Shown: positions 1 to 11,051 of the stretch, piece after piece
Layout: every line of letters starts with the position of its first letter
Position numbering within the stretch: the first letter of the stretch is position 1
Assembly: GCA_002269645.1 (NCBI GenBank)
Contig: NIVC01001300.1
Coordinates: 282,539-346,538, forward strand
Source: Macrostomum lignano
Taxonomy: Eukaryota
Length of the DNA stretch: 64,000 nt
Direction of reading: 5' to 3'
Translations under genes and position numbers: made by a program
Notes under the pieces: generated by a model
Databases searched by the model: none
Seen by the model: only the letters and a program-made list of their open reading frames with translations
What the model was told of the DNA's origin: nothing

Positions 1-3000
1 AGCGGATCCGGCATCGACGGCGGCGGCTTCCGCGGCTGCGTGAGAGACCTGCGGCTCGTGACGAACGACTCGACATTGGTCGCTACGGAGACCACGGTGG
101 AGTCGAGCAACGCGACCTGGGGAGTCTGCAGTCGGTCGGTGCAGTGCGGCAGTCCGTCGCCTTGTGAAGCAAAGACAAGCTCGATGTGCTCAGATGTGTG
201 GAACGACTTTGTGTGCCATTGCGCTGCGGACTTCGGAGGCCTGCGCTGCTCCGTTGAGCTTCCATCGTTCTCACTGGGTGTGGGCGGCAGCGTGTCATCA
301 GCGAGGTTCGCGTCTGCAGCAGGTGTGTCAAGTGTGTATGGCGGAGACTCGTGGACGATTGAGCTGAGGCTGATGACTTTGTCTCGAGGAGCGTTTCTGC
401 TGCTACTGGGCGACCCGAGCGACTCGGCGACCACTCCGAGACTGCTCGCTACGGTGAGTTTTTATAGATAGATTATAAATCCTAGTATATATTGCTAATT
501 ATAATTCCTACGAAGGAGTCTGCATTCACAAGTGGTGTGTTCTTGGCGGCTCTTGGTATTTATATAATTTATATTAAGAAACCCTGTTTTTATAATTTCT
601 TTAAAATTGATTCTTCCTAAAGTAAAATCAATCACACCACCGACGCTCCGCGTGAAAAGTGCATTTAAACGCATTCATTTTCATTTTGGCTCTTATTATA
701 CAATATTTTTAAACGGTAAAATTAAAAAGACTGAACGCACTTCCTTTCTATGCGGAATTTAAACTGATTTTATCGTAGCTTCACCTTGTAAATGTGGCAA
801 AATTTAAGACAGCAAATATATAGCTTGCGAAAATTAGGAAGTTTTCTCTGAAATGAATGCTTTGCAAATGCAGAACTGATGCAAAACGGATAAAGGTCAA
901 GAACACAGTCACACTGAGTACAAGGCACTTTAAGCACACTGAGTACGAGTGGCATAATAGATTAGCTAAAATGCCAAAAATCTGTGCGAGGCAGTTGCAA
1001 TATCAATATTTGGTTATGATACAATCAAATGTAGAGCAAAGCGTGGCAAAATCGTCACAATTGTCGTTTCGTTTCTGCAATATGATTCAGTCTCAGATGT
1101 CAATTGCGGTTTGGAATTGGGCCCTATTCTTTTAGCAAACGATCAATATACCGGAGAAAACAGGTGAAAATTTCAATCCTAAAAGCACTAGTCGACAACA
1201 AAGTACAAAGTCTGATTAAAAAAACAATCCTTGATTCTTGATCCCTGAGCTTGCCTCTCGGAATTTTTTACTGCAGATCGATGCGTCTGGCCGTTTGTCT
1301 GCCCAAGTACTGTATGGCAACGGCTCCGAAATAGTAGCGCTGACATCCTCGAACTCGGTGGCCACCGGCGAATACGTCTCCGTGAAGATTTCCTTGTCGA
1401 TATCGGATCGCTCGCTGTCGCTGTCAGTGTCATCTTCAGTCGGGTCGGCATCGCTGAGCAGTGCGAGTCCGCTGCCGCAACTGTCAGGCCAGCTCATCAT
1501 CGGCGGCTTCAGCGGTCTTCTGGCAGCCCCGGCTCCGCCTCCAATTGAAAGCAGCGGCACTAAAGGCAGGTCAAGAAGATCACTGCCTGCCTTACCTACT
1601 AGCATTTCGTCAACGCTTTCAACGAATCTCACCGCATTTCGAGGAATCATTGCATCTCCGAAGCTCAATGGACTCAAACCGCTCATTCTGGGTTCAGTGG
1701 AGTCCAACGTGACTGACCTGCTGCCAGGTGCCGTTGCTGCCAGCGAAACCGAATCCATCACTGATGGAGTCGTCAATGAAGACGTTTGCACAAACTGGGA
1801 ACCCTGCCAGAAAAATGCGACCTGCACCAATGTGTTCTACAACAAGTTTTCGTAAGCAATGTTTAGGGATTACATTCGATATTAGATTGAAATTACTCTT
1901 TGAAGCCTTTAAAATTCGCAACCTGCACAAATCAAATTTTAGCTGCGAATGCGAACCTGGCTGGCGCAGTGCTGATTGCTCAGTCAGGGACCACTGCGTC
2001 CCTGGATCGGAGGACTGTCCGACTGGCGCTCAGTGCGTCAACTTGGAGCCAAGGGGATACGAGTGTGAGTATTTATTATTTGCTATAAAGTACAAGCCGC
2101 AATAAAAATATACTCAGCCATATCGAAAAGTCGCCATCACAGAAGATTCCGTCTGTGGTCGCCACTTTTGAGAGTGCAGGTAAAGTCTCTCAATCTTTGC
2201 GAGTGACGCAACCAACTTAGCTACGTCACGGCAGACTTGAGTGGAAGAATGAAGTCGGGGAAGCGGTGTGCGAGGGTTGGACGGATTAAAGCTACCCCGA
2301 TCAGTTATCTTCCATTTCAGTTTTCTCGTACAGTCCAAGATAAATTGCTCACTGGCGCCTAAAACTCGTATACTCAGCAACAGTCAAAAGTTCCACCTGT
2401 GCAAATCACGCGTAGTTTGAGAGAAAACTTCTCATTTCAAATGCACAGTAAATGGTAAATAAAAATAGATTTGCTTGGTAGGTGAAACTTTTTACTGTTG
2501 TTGAGTATATACTTTTTTCAATATATGTATGCATAGCAACAAAGCGTTCTACATTTTCTGCTTCTCCGACCACCAAACTCGCCAGGTCGCACAACCGCCA
2601 CATTCCAATCCTCCACAAAGCTGAGATTATCGGCCAGCCGCTTCAATGAAGCATTGACGAGCCTCACTGGCTGGGCCCGCACCCGCGAGCTGAACTTCCG
2701 ACTGCTGTCTATGACCAACAGCGACGGTCGCCAGCTGTTTGTCGAGGCCAAGTCCGGCCATCTTCGAGTGTCCCTTGACAACAAGCACGCGATGTCCGAT
2801 TTCTCCATAGCAACCGGCTTCCCATTTACGTTTGACGTCAGGTTTTTCACCGAACGGCGCTTAGAACTCAGTGCGAAGTTCAATGGCACCGACGCTGCTA
2901 CGACTTTCAGCGAATCTCATGACTTTGCACCGCTGACTCTCGACTCTGCTGCTGTGGTAGTTCTTGGCGACAGCGGCTTTAAGGGTTGCCTTGGCAACGT

Positions 3001-3840
3001 GCGACTCAACGGCTACTTGGTCCCGCTAGTGAACCGGTCGCTCCCCTCCGACACGCCGGGATTTTCCTGGTCTGCAACTGACGCGGATTCCATCATCTCA
3101 CCAACGCCTGGTTGCCATGGAGACGTAGTATGTAAAACGGGTGTCTGTCAGAACTCCGGTCGTTGCAGCGACATGTGGAACAAGTATGTCTGCGATTGCA
3201 AAGATGGGTTCTCCGGACCCACGTGCTCTGCCGTCGCTTCGGTGCCCTCGGTGGGAGCGATAATTGGAATGGTTGCTGGAGTTGTGGTCGCCGCTGGCAT
3301 AATTGTTGGTTAGTAAATCGGTTGAGCCGTTTCTGCCAAAATCGATCACATTCTAGCGTAGATACCTACTGACAAACCATTTTTAGTATATTGATTGGTA
3401 TCCATACATTAAAAGGGGTGTAGGATCTCATATGTGGGTCCCTCAATCTCCTAAAAGGGCGTCCCCCTTACCCTGTCTACTAGAGCTGGTGGTTGTGGAT
3501 GCCACGTCCAAGAGCTTGCAAAAGTTGAACTCCTATAAATTGTCGAAGCCCGGTTGCCTCTTTTATTTTGTTTTTAAGAGGTGAAGCGTAGCTTTTAATA
3601 GCATTAGTGTTGTCTAGTTTTTAGTTATTACCCTTAGTCTGCAGAATGATGAATTCATCTCCAATATCCCCAAAACCCATCGCAGCTATTGTCCTGGTCG
3701 CAAAGTTCACCACGCTGTTCCGTCCAAGCGCTTCATCGGATCTTCAGTCTCAGTCCAAGTTGGATCCGACCACCGGGGTTCGCGTTGGTCACCTGCGATC
3801 GAAGTCGGCCAAACCGGTGCCTCAAGAGGTGTTTTTTTGA
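1..3840 (+). CDS. Crumbs-like paralog A, 3' part (end of LamG1, EGF, LamG2, 2 EGF, LamG3, EGF, TM, 'PQEVFF' tail); 5' end lies upstream of the window
   Basis: Phase-consistent exons <1-453, 1277-1851, 1943-2064, 2586-3308, 3686-3840 with GT-AG introns. LamG motifs FRGCVRDLRL and FKGCLGNVRLNG; six-Cys EGFs; TM AIIGMVAGVVVAAGIIVAIVLV; tail ...TTGVRVGHLRSKSAKPVPQEVFF*. Confidence 0.88.
2109..2509. mobile_element. Two adjacent MITEs of a TA-CTCAGCAAC terminal-repeat family, in an intron of A
   Basis: 2109-~2360 is the reverse complement of most of 18051-18330. 2369-2509 has its own TIRs (tatactcagcaacagtcaaaagttccacc / ggtgaaactttttactgttgttgagtata). Confidence 0.7.
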
Positions 3841-5639
3841 GCTGTTATACTTGTGCACACATGGTAACAGGCCTCTTGATATTTAACTATTGTGTCTGTT
3901 TATAAACTTTTTTGTTCAAATATTTAGGACAATATTGTTACTCCAGTGAAGGTATTACAACAAAGAGGCTATTGTTTTTGTAAATCCAGTATTTTTTCTA
4001 TTGCACGTACGTACAGTGTCTTGGTTTTTATCACATCGGTAAACTCAAATTCTTATGTGCGTATAGATACGCTGTAAATTACATATATATATGCAGCTAA
4101 TACCCATAATCATCATCATATCATTTTATTAAGCCTTCGCAGACAATAAAATACCGGTATTATGATTGCCACTATATCCGCCGGTGAAATATTTACTAAG
4201 GAAACGCCCAGAACGAAATTGTCGATTTTCATTTCCAGGCTGCAAATTGAGTTTGTTTCATCTTGATATTTTTTACGAGTAAAAAAATTGCATAAGGTGC
4301 CTTTCTTATGAAATCAGATGTATATTTTTCTTCTTTTGTTTAGAAATTTTAGCCGAATTCGTCATAATAGACATTGTACAGAACATTCCAATCTGTGTTT
4401 TTTTTTCAACTGAAGTACCGTTCTTCTTTTTGTACAAGTAGAGGTTCAACATACTTTCAACAGCAAAGGGCTGCAATCACTGTGGTCATTGCTATTTTTA
4501 TCTAATTTTATATACAGCTGTTCCAGACCATGAAATGTTATTAGGCTACGGTGTGTACCCTTTTCAATTTTTAACTTTTCAAAAATTGCATTCCTTCAGT
4601 TTATCTGTTTCTTTTTAAGTGAAGTGACTATTTTCGATCTGAAAAATTACAATCGCTGTTACACATTATTACATATATTACTAACGATTCTTTTGTCTTG
4701 GCTTTTCAAAGTACGAACGAAGTGTTATACGGGCATTGGTTTTAGTGATATTTTATCTGAGCAAAACAAAGATTTTAGCTTCCTTTTAAATAGACGAAAA
4801 GAATAGATGAATATCGTCATTCAATAATCGCAAGATGCTCGCCACATTGGGCAGCCCATAGCTCTGCGCATCATAAATATTACTGTTATTGCATGTATCT
4901 TGTTAGTCTTGACAGGACGTCCTTGAAAGGTTGGAAAAAACCGTCCTACGACGCACCGCCCAGATCACGTGACCATCTAGTTGAAGCACCAGCCAGATGG
5001 AGCAGGATGGTGCAGGGTTGTTGCAGCCACAACTACCTGGCGGTTATGACGCTCTTATCAGCTTGGAAGAGCCTGAAAAGATTTAAAATGTGTTAATCAT
5101 TATTTAGCTCTGTGGCAACTACATTAAATTAAAAATTTTTTAACGACTTAAAGGACGCACCAACGCCGTGTTCGAGGACTTCCGGTTATCTCGAACTGCT
5201 AGCAGCGAGCCCGGACTCCATCGTCTTTGACAGGAGCAATCAGGCCTGGCAAGCGGCGCACCTGCTCAGGAACGTTTTTAAATTCAGCTGCGAGGGACGG
5301 CCCTGAAGGTGCGCCTCTTCAGTGCGGCCGTAAAGCCAATCCTTTAGCATGGCATGAAAGCGGTGCCGATGACCGACACGCGAGAGCGAGCCCTGGACGC
5401 GCGGGCTACATGTCCCTGCTGCGCTACGCCCTGGGCATGCACAACCCCGAGAGGCTGCCTTTCAGAACGCCGGCCTACAGAGGGACGTCGAGCAGTTTGT
5501 GCACCAGTGTTCCGTCTGTAATCGACTGCCTGCAGCCACGTAGGCCTATTGAAAATGAGGAATCATTGGCCACCCGCATCAAAAGACCATTGAGAGGGTC
5601 CACATTGACTGGGTATTCGTACAAGAAGCAATAGATCTA

Positions 5640-5875
5640 CTTGTTGGACAGGTCCGCAGCCAATTTAGTGAAATTCTTGAGAACAGTTTTCACTTGGTTT
5701 GGTGTACCAGAGCTCGTAGTTTCTAACAATGGGGGCAAGAGTTCACATCTGAAACCCTGCTATCCGGGCTTTGGACTATTGGAGCGCAAAAATGGAAACA
5801 GCCCCTTACTCGCCGCAGTCGAATGGCACAGCTGAAAGAGCCGTTCAGACTGTAAAAAGAGCTTTGCAAGCTTGA
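5640..5875 (+). mobile_element. Degenerate Gypsy/Ty3 integrase fragment
   Basis: LVKFLRTVFTWFGVPELVVSNNG, then in another frame METAPYSPQSNGTAERAVQTVKRAL; these match the SDNG and PQSNGxAER integrase motifs. Frameshifted. Confidence 0.72.
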
Positions 5876-6002
5876 ACCCCGCGACTAACCCACTCCGATT
5901 TCAACGCCTTTCTGCAGAAAGTCCTTCTCTACCACCGCAATTCATCCAACTCGCGTGGTGCGACGCCTGCTGAACTGGTCTCTGGTCGTCGGCTGCGCGT
6001 CC

Positions 6003-6148
6003 TCATTTAGGCGCCGCATACACTCATTTTGGCGCCGCAGACACTCCTTTTGGCGCCGCGGACGCTCATTTTGGCGCCGCAGACGCTCACTCATTTTGGC
6101 GCCGCAGACGCTCATTTTGGCGCCGCAGACACTCACTCGTTTTGGCGC
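6003..6148. repeat. 21-bp minisatellite (tcattttggcgccgcagacgc), about 7 units
   Basis: Visible tandem units; related to the array at 26593-26953. Confidence 0.85.
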
Positions 6149-6326
6149 CTTAGATGCATTTGGGTTGCTATTAGATGTGCTCAAATAGTGGAGCACCCCA
6201 GAATACTTCACCAGCTTTGGCATCTATATGAGGTCCGTGGAATCGATTGCGATTGCTCAAATTCCTGGGACGTTATCGATTGCAGCTTTGCTGCTAAGCT
6301 CAATGAAAATATTATTTGTTAAAACT

Positions 6327-6533
6327 GTGTTCCTCTTTTCTGAATAGGAGTGTAAATTCCCGCTGGGAAATTTGAGGGCCGTGTGAGCTTTCTAATCGCA
6401 CACAGAAAGTTACGGCATGAATCATATCGCGTGAATGACACACACGCTCACACAAGATCACACAGAGAGCTCACAAAGCCCTAGAATTTCCCGCCGGGAA
6501 CTTACATCTTGCTTTTTTCTAAAAATAGAACAC
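6327..6533. mobile_element. Probable MITE
   Basis: Imperfect inverted repeats tgtaaattcccgctgggaaatttgagggc (6351) and gccctagaatttcccgccgggaacttaca (ending 6506), extended by gtgttc...gaacac. Confidence 0.55.
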
Positions 6534-7177
6534 CTAAATAACAGGCAATTTAGGCTTGCATTTAGCTTGATGCGAGACTTGTTGCTTAATTCAGCCACGG
6601 AATGAAAGCATAGCTTTTACAGTGTATATAGAAATAAAGTTTTATAAGTAGATAAGGAATGCCAATGTAATGAGTAATTCTTCATGTAGTTATTTATGTC
6701 TAGTGTGAAATAAGCGAAGTTCACCTTAGTGTAAATTCCATATAAACTCAATAAATAGAATATTCAGGTGCAAGCTCCCTTCAAGACTATGCGACCTATC
6801 ACTTCACTATTATCTAATCTGAAAGCCCAACAATATCCGTGATTTATCAGTGGCAGGTGATTCATCAGCAATATTTGCAACATATTAGCAACAAAACTAG
6901 TGAGTGTTCGCGCTGTGAATTGTTTTAAACTTAAGCCTATCTTGAGCACATGGATTACATTTTGAACCATTTACACTGAAGGTTTAAAGGCTGCACTCAA
7001 TAGTTTCCTGAGAATCGAGCCCAACTCCAATTTATAGATACATTTAAATTCATATTTATATATCGCTTGAAATTATTCACTGCGTTTGTACACTTATGAG
7101 TACATTCGATGAAGATTGCTGTTTAACTACCTAAGACCTCTAAGACCTCTACCTTTTTCACCTCTAAAGCTTGTAGG

Positions 7178-7856
7178 ATGACATCTGGAGTGCTTCAGCA
7201 GCGGGTTAATCCGAGGCAAAAAATCATAAGGATGCTAATTATGATCGGTTTATCGTCAATTTTGTGTGTAAATGAAGCGATAGGAGGTTCAGGTAAGCCA
7301 AGTTCGCATGAAGAAAAGGTTTTTTTCATTTTACCGCCAATGAACTTGCCGTTACAGGAAATTAGGATTTTCATTAACGATTCCCAACACAGTTGAAGTT
7401 TAGACGTTATGAAATTTAAATGTTATGGAATGATGTTATGATATTTAGGTGTTATGAATTCATGAAAATTCTGTTGCCAATAGTAATTATTCTTCTCACG
7501 CTTAAATGCCTGTTAATAACTTTAGCTTTATGAATATAATTTTTCCACCACTGATTTTCAATATGAAGGTTCTGACGAGGACGCCAACGAATTGGCGCGG
7601 ACGAGGCGAGCCGCCTGCAGCGAGGGCGACTGCAAGAATGGCGGGACTTGCTGGCCGGGTCCTGTGACGTCAAGCACTCCTCCGTGTCTGTGCACTGAGG
7701 CGTACACTGGTACATATTGCACTGTTAGAATAAACTTTTGTGCTACAACCTCCGATGGCAGCACTTCATCAAGCAATCCCTGCCAAAACGGAGGCACCTG
7801 CAGCAACACAGACGCGAGCCCCTGGTATCACTGCAGCTGCGTTTACGGCTACACAG
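7178..7856 (+). CDS. Crumbs-like 5' module B: signal-peptide exon plus a propeptide/2-EGF exon (orphan, or alternative 5' end of C)
   Basis: Exon 7178 (or ATG 7232)-7292, MLIMIGLSSILCVNEAIGGS, donor GTAAGC. Exon 7569-7856, GSDEDANELARTRRAACSEGDCKNGGTCWPG..., closely similar to F exon 42513-42800. Confidence 0.75.
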
Positions 7857-7928
7857 GTGGGTGACCCGCTGTAAATCAAAATGAAAAACTTTAAAAATTA
7901 AAAAACCTAGTAATATCAAAATAGCTTT

Positions 7929-8884
7929 TGATGTAACCGCCCTTGTCGCCTGTCCGCTCCTATTGAGAGACGAACACTTGGCTAGAGGGGGCAATGACCG
8001 TAGGCTGCCTATGACCGGGCAATGACCTGACGGACCTCCAGCACCAGACTGTCCCGCCCACATGATTAGTAGCTTTGGTAGCGCTTCGTGACCAGAGGGC
8101 CAAGGACCCACATGGACCCCACCTGTAGCCAAGGTGCAATAGTTGGTCACTCGGTCATGGTATGACCGAGTGGCTGCCACCACTCTATGTGACCTGGCGC
8201 ACCTGGATCTTTCTACCAGACCTCTCGAGGCTAGAGCCCCGCCTGGATTGGTTACCAGGGGATTTAGGCTAACAGGGGAGACGCATGCAGCCGAGTACAG
8301 GGAATCTGCTTGGGGCATGATCGGGAACTCTGGGCTCAATCCTGGAGGATTTCTCAGCAGGGGATCCTTTGTGGCTGTGAGCGAGGCTGACTTGCGACTT
8401 TGATTACTAAGAGTAGTATGAGGCGAACATGCACTGTCTCCAGTTTAGATTGCTCAGGGCGAAGGGACGCGTTAGCATGGGGTTGCAACCTTCCTACTGC
8501 CATTCTGTGCCAAGACTCGCTAATCCCTCTACTGCACGCACACGCGGCCCCGCAGCACGCACTCACAGGCGGGCTTTGCACGGGGAGAGGCCATTAGCTT
8601 ACCCAAACTTCCTTATGCTTTGCCACCCCGGGAGAAAGGCTTAGCAAGCCATGAGTTAAATGATGGTGAAAGATTGAATAATGATGAAGTTAGTTAATAG
8701 TTAATAATTAGGCCCTTAGGCAAATAAGCAGGCAATTAGGCGGCTTCACTATTGAGTAAAATACAGCAAAAGATGCGGTATCACAATTGGCTCAGCTCTC
8801 TAATCAGACAATGGAAAATAGGCAAACCCCGGATAAGCAAAGGCAATTGGAGCACAAATTAGTAACAGGAACTTACCGGCAGCT

Positions 8885-8919
<35 letters not shown>

Positions 8920-10158
8920 GAGTGACCGAGGGTGGCTGTAGGCTGCAGTCAGGCAGACAGTGAAGCGGCGATGCGCTGGAGCGGCAAGGCGCTGATGTAG
9001 ATCAGGCGATGCTGATGATGCTGGGCGGTATCAGACCGCTGGCCGATAGGCGAGCTCGCTTGGGGAGCTAAGGATAACTTGACGGTAACAGACCGCGGAC
9101 CGGCAGGGATTCGTCTAATAGACGAATGGGTCAGAACTCAGTCTGACGGCAAGTCTAAAGAAAGACTAGGAGCCCGAAGGTGGGCAAAAGTTGAGCATTC
9201 TCATGCCGAAATCGCTTCCTTTTATAGACCTCACAGCCGCCTCCTCAAGGTCGTTACCATGGTTCCCTCTCTCTGATCGGCTGCCGGCAGAATGACGTCA
9301 GAATGAGTCATGATGAGAAGCATGAGACCGGCATAGCAACATGAGAAATAGGGAAATTGCGCAATCCGGAGGTGGGGTGGGGGGATAATTGGCGCAGCGG
9401 GTGGTCGCGAAAGTGTTGCGCAAGCAAACATGGAGAACAATAGGGCTGGGGTCGAGAACAAAGGAATTGGAAATCAGGGATAATTGGGGAAAACTGAGAA
9501 CAGTGGAAAAGTAAACATTAGAGAAAAGGTGATAATTAGGTGCGAAAACGAGAACAAAAGAAAGAGAAAATCGGAGAAAATGTGATAATTGGTGGGGGTC
9601 GAGAGAACAAAAGAATAAAAAACGAGAACAATAGAAGCGGAGGTGGGGTGGGTGTCACATGAGAAATTTGGGAAGGAGAACAATAGCGTGAGAAAAGGTT
9701 GCGCAAGAGAGAGGGATGAGTCATCGATGAGTCACCGAGGGGGAGAAGGGGTCACACGACTTGCGTCACCGTTTGGGAGTTTGAGAGGGGATGGGGAGAC
9801 GGTGAGCACACAAAGTACTGTAAGTAGACACAGGGAAAGAGGGGACAGCGCAGGAAAAGAGTGCAGAGAGAGACAAAAAGAGGGGGAAAGGGAAAGTACA
9901 AGAAGAATAGGGTGGGAGGCAGAAGAGATAGGGTAGAGGGGGAGGTACAGAGAGGGGTGGGGAGCTCCGGAAAGGCAGGTGTGGCGGCAGGGGAGACGGA
10001 ACCAAGGCAGTAGGAGGGGTGCAGCAGAGCGGGAGTCTCCAGGCCTGGGCGGAGACCTGGCCGAGTCTCGACAGCTCTGTGCAGAGGGTGCACGGGATAG
10101 GAGGCACTTTCGAAAAAGTTCCCATGCCCTATCCCGCGACCAGAGCGTGGTTACATCA
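7929..10158. mobile_element. 2.23-kb insertion with TG...CA ends, 10-bp inverted termini and a 4-bp TSD (solo-LTR-like)
   Basis: TGATGTAACC (7929-7938) and GGTTACATCA (10149-10158), flanked by CTTT on both sides (7925-7928, 10159-10162). No recognisable ORF; internal (AG)n at ~8888-8915. Confidence 0.75.
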
Positions 10159-11051
10159 CTTTGTAAAATTGAAACAGCTTAACTTAATTAAACAGTAAAG
10201 GCTGTCTAAAATTATTTTAACTAAAATATTTTTTTCGTGAAATTTAATCAAAATATATATCAAAAAAACATAATACGAGTAGGCTTGTACCAAAGCTAAA
10301 AATCGCTTCGGAAAAATGGCCTAATCTTATCTGATTGTCTGGCTCAGAAAACCAATGTCATTCCATACAATCAGCCACCTCACTGATCTCATCCACCATC
10401 TCACAGATCCCATCCACCATCTTACAGAGCTCATCCACCAACTCACAAGACCATTCCATCCTCTCAGATGCGTCATCAATCAACTCTCAGAATTCCTCCA
10501 GCTCTGACGATTTGTTTTCATTTTTCCCTCCCCGTAATCCAAGCCATCGCTTTAAAATTAAAATACGGAAAAGCTACGAGTAAAAAGTCAATTCTCACCC
10601 TTGTAAAATATTTGTTGTTAACTGCCCGGTTGGAGTCACCACAAAAGCCAGCCACGACGGCATTCGCGCAGCAGCAGTTAAACTCAATGTTCTGATTGTT
10701 TTCCTTTCGAATCCTTTCACAGTACACAGTACATAGATACACAGTACATAGTCTGTGTATGCAAAAAATTTCATACCCAAATGTCTACGGAATTTCCATG
10801 GAATTTCCGTGCAGCGTACAGTGGCGTTTTCTACAGTGTACACTAGTGAACCCATGTTCTTATAAGCAGAATCTCTGTTTCATAAAAAGATCAGAGTCAT
10901 ACTGAAGAAGGTATAAAAATATTATTGTACCTCATTTCAAGGTTGTAATGTTTCTAGTTAGGCAAGTATTCTTTTTTAACCTGCTTCTATTTATTAGTGG
11001 ATATTCTGCTTAGTCTGAGGCATAAACAAGTCAATGACACTGAGAAGAAAC

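Noticed and set aside
1216-1830. Antisense ORFs over LamG exons (also 14143-14649, 24786-25238, 34205-34603, 52202-52591)
   Set aside because: Shadow ORFs of GC-rich sense exons; they recur only because the sense exon is duplicated.
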